A stretch of 63,782 nt of DNA, filler included, from Jimgerdemannia flammicorona (Eukaryota): assembly GCA_003990765.1 (NCBI GenBank). It is 3 parts of 3 records of this genome, joined end to end, with 100 filler letters (N's around TTAATTAATTAA, not from the genome) between each part and the next. Parts side by side here need not be neighbours in the genome. Positions count along the whole stretch, not along the records: positions 42,592 to 63,782 come from RBNJ01001507.1; 2 more parts are not named here. One strand, 5' to 3'. Shown here one piece after another: positions 60,431 to 63,782 of the stretch (position 1 is its first letter; every line of letters starts with the position of its first letter). The notes below the pieces were generated by a model that worked only from the letters and a program-made list of their open reading frames with translations, ran no database searches and was not told the DNA's origin. The position numbers were made by a program, and so were the translations under genes.

Positions 60431-60829
60431 TATATATATATATATATATATAAGTATGTTTACTGAGCATAGGTGTATCCTTAGAGTATAGATCAATATA
60501 CCTGATTTGATATATCTGACTAATTATATAAATTATAGTATATATTGATAACTAGGTATAGATAATAATACTATACTGAGTATTTACATTATCTGGCTAT
60601 ACTATATTATTTGCTCATCACATTAGGCCCTACTAAAGAGTAATATATTCTCAGACTTTCTTTCATTATTATTATAGTATCTATAGGTATCTTCTATATC
60701 TATATCTATACTATTATCTTTATCAGTATCTGAATTTCTCTATTTTAGAGGCTCTTCTTTTTCTTTAGAGAACAGGACTTTGATGTGATTAATAATACTC
60801 AGATAGATAGATAGAGTCAATCTTTAGAA

Positions 60830-63730
60830 GTTATTTAGAGATCAGAAATACCAGAGCAGACCATCCTCCCCAAGGGATATTCTGAGACTTATCATAATTA
60901 AATCTAAAGAATATTCTCTCCTTGAACCAGTCCTCCAAACTCTCTCCAATACTACTCAATAATCTGTGAATCCTTCCCACTCTTCTCACTTCACATTAGC
61001 CTCCAATACCTATTCAACTGACTTAAGATGCCCTGAGTCCCCACCGCCAGCTTCCCTAATTTATCCAATACTCTATCTCACTCACCTTATCTAAAGAAAT
61101 CTTAATAAAAACTTTATAGGCTGTTTCTCTCCTTCCAAGCCCTGATACCAAGCTAGGCCAATATACTCTTTACCTATAAGTCCTCCTCCTGTCTCAGTAG
61201 ACTCTACATTTCTATCTTAAGCCTGATATATCAAACTCTTCAATCTAGCATCTCTTCATCCTCTAGTAGTCTATCAATAACTTCTCTAACTATCATAAGG
61301 CCCACTCTATATGGCCCCTCCTTTGAGCACTCTTTATCCTCCCAGTCTATCTCTAAAAGTATTGAATATCAGACTTCAACTAATATTATTAATCACTATT
61401 GACAGGTTCTGCCATCTGCTACCCAATAACTCTAGAGTTAATATCTACTATATAGATATCTTATAAAGAGAACTCATCTAATAAGAAAGTATTTAAGCAT
61501 TAATATCTAGGCTCCTCCACACTTCTCCAAACCTTCCACATCTCAAGAAATCCTAATAATTAAATTATAAGCACTATATCATCTTCAATTATTCTTGGAT
61601 ATCACCTCTCCAGCACTCAGTAGTTAGAATTTAATCAATCTGTAAGCTAAGCCCAACCACTCAGTATATATAAATCTAGTGATCTCCTAATCTTGTTGGT
61701 TCATATTTATCAAAGAGTTAAGTCTTCTAAACTCCTCTCAACCTTCTATTACTCTACTCCTCCCAAACAGCCCCCTCTCATTATCTATCCAGTCCAATCT
61801 TCTATTATGAACTATATTAAAGTTCTTATCTATAAAGTCAATCTCAGCCTCTACTAAAGTATCTAAGTCTTATAATTATATTCACTTTAAGTAGGTCTCT
61901 CTTTCTGCCAGGCAGTAATAAAACTCAACCACTACTGGGTCTCAATCTTATCTCTGTCATATCTATAATACTACTCTGCCTCACCCAGTATTCAATATCC
62001 CCAATATCTCTCTTTTCTTTCTAAACTAGAATACTCACCCTGCTCTACCAAAGAGCTGTACCCCCCTATTTCCTCATCCAGTCCAGCATATCTAAGTTCT
62101 CATCATATCCCAAATTCTGTAGTAAGAACAGATCAGCTTTAGCCCACTCAGCTAGTAAAAAATTTTATACTATACTGCTACTCATAATCTATTGATATTT
62201 AGAGAAAAAATCCTAGTTATACTATTTATAATAATAGAAGAATATCTCTTTAATAATTCTATACTTACCTCATTACTAGCTACATCTAAGTTCCTCTTAG
62301 TCATAAGTTTGACCTCCTCTTCCTGCTGAGCATCCAGAGCTACCAATATCTCCAAATAGTCCTCTCTATCCTGAACCTCTTTAGATGATCTGTATTTCTT
62401 ACACACTATCTACTATTTTGCCAACCCCTTTCTCAGACTCTATAAATTAGCTATATACTTATTCAAAATCTTCAACAGCACTATCTCTCTGTTTCAGTTA
62501 ATCTAATACTTCTCCCCCTCTAGCAGTACTACCATCAACTCATTCTATAGCTTATATATCACCTTTTTACTTTGTAATATAGCTCTCTAGTATATATATC
62601 TTACTGATAATATGGAAATTGGCCTCCCTCAACTCATTAGCTAAAATATTTATCAGTATCTTCTATAGTGACTTCTTAACTCTAACTATCTTCTCTTTCA
62701 GATCTAATCGCTATCTTCTGACCCCCAAGCTATCTTAAATATCTACTCTTACTAACCTATTCTAGCTCTCCTCTGTTATATCCTGTAACTTATCTCTTCT
62801 CTCTATTGCTGAGACCCCATACTGGATCTGAGCTCCTTTTCATATTACCATAACTTTAGATACTATACTCTCTCTATAAGTCATGCTCTCCTCCAGATCT
62901 TCTCCTAATGATATCACCATCTTCTCTACCCAGGCACTGACTCTAGACCTAGCTACCTCAGTATTCTCTACTACTTCTAAACTCTCTCTATACTTACTAA
63001 CAAATCTTTCTATTGCTGTATTCTCAGTAGCTTAATCTAGATATATTCTATTATTAATAATCTTTATCACTATCTTAGCCTTGTACTTCTTTCAAGTCAG
63101 CCACCTCTGCTCTATCACCTCTGTCAAATCCTCTAGTGTCTTTAGCAAGTTCTCCTTCTCCTTAGGCAATCTCTTTACTCTTAATATCTTATATTCTATT
63201 AGATCTTACTTTAGCACTACTGGTCAATCTTCATATTATTCTTCTCTATCAGCTATACTCAGATATCTACATCATCTATCTAGAACTCTGTACCCTTCCA
63301 GACCTAAAACCTGACATCTATGACATCTTCATACTCTTTGACTATATCAATAATCAGCTTTCTGGCCTCCTCCTTTTTAATTATAGAAATATTGACAACT
63401 ATTAACTAAACTATCTATGGGTCTCAGTATAGATATCTGGCTATCAGTATAGTCTTACTCCTAACTATCACTCCCTTCTTCAGTTTTATCAGCATCAGAT
63501 CCTCTTTCTCAAGTCCTACCTCAACCCCCTTGAGCCCTTATAGAAACTCACCAAGGCTGCTCCTTTCACCTTCTGAGTCAGTAGTTCTAAAAATAGCTTT
63601 GGCATAATAGTTAAGTCTTTAAAATATAGAGTGATAGTAAATTAAGATACTGATTTCTAAAGTAATAGTATTACAACTATATCTGTTTGACTATCAGCTA
63701 AGTCCCCAGGTCTTATGCTCAGCCTAGACT

Positions 63731-63733
<3 letters not shown>
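60830..63733 (-). mobile_element. LINE copy G, ORF1 plus endonuclease fragment, very decayed
   Basis: ORF 62182..62406 spans the ORF1 end and NSITRIFSLNIN; ends at a poly(T) run (63734-63782), likely another LINE tail. Confidence 0.85.
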
Positions 63734-63765
<32 letters not shown>

Positions 63766-63782
63766 CATCATTTTTTTTTTTT

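Overview
Eukaryotic, transposon-dense DNA, most likely from an early-diverging (Mucoromycota-like) fungus. This assignment is inferred from the host gene and the repeat families. The window is three contigs joined by N/TTAATTAATTAA linkers. There is one host gene, a two-exon TMEM184/OST-alpha-like membrane protein (9328-10677) with an in-frame TGA, set in a CpG-rich island. Almost everything else is decayed mobile DNA: at least three Ty3/gypsy families, seven copies plus a tail stub of a G-rich L1/Tx1-like LINE, a PIF/Harbinger fragment and MITE-like pieces, all eroded by C>T/G>A transitions. The standout is a complete Ty3/gypsy element (11226-18534, minus; 516-bp LTRs, near-perfect 5-bp TSD, tRNA-Ala-like PBS, PPT). 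Between integrase and the 3' LTR it carries an intronless, frameshift-free 352-codon cyclin gene with its own TATA/CT-rich leader, now broken by 8 transition-type stops. Two other Ty3 elements share a conserved, unnamed accessory ORF after integrase. Coordinates of degraded elements are approximate, and all protein calls are by-eye motif recognition without database searches.
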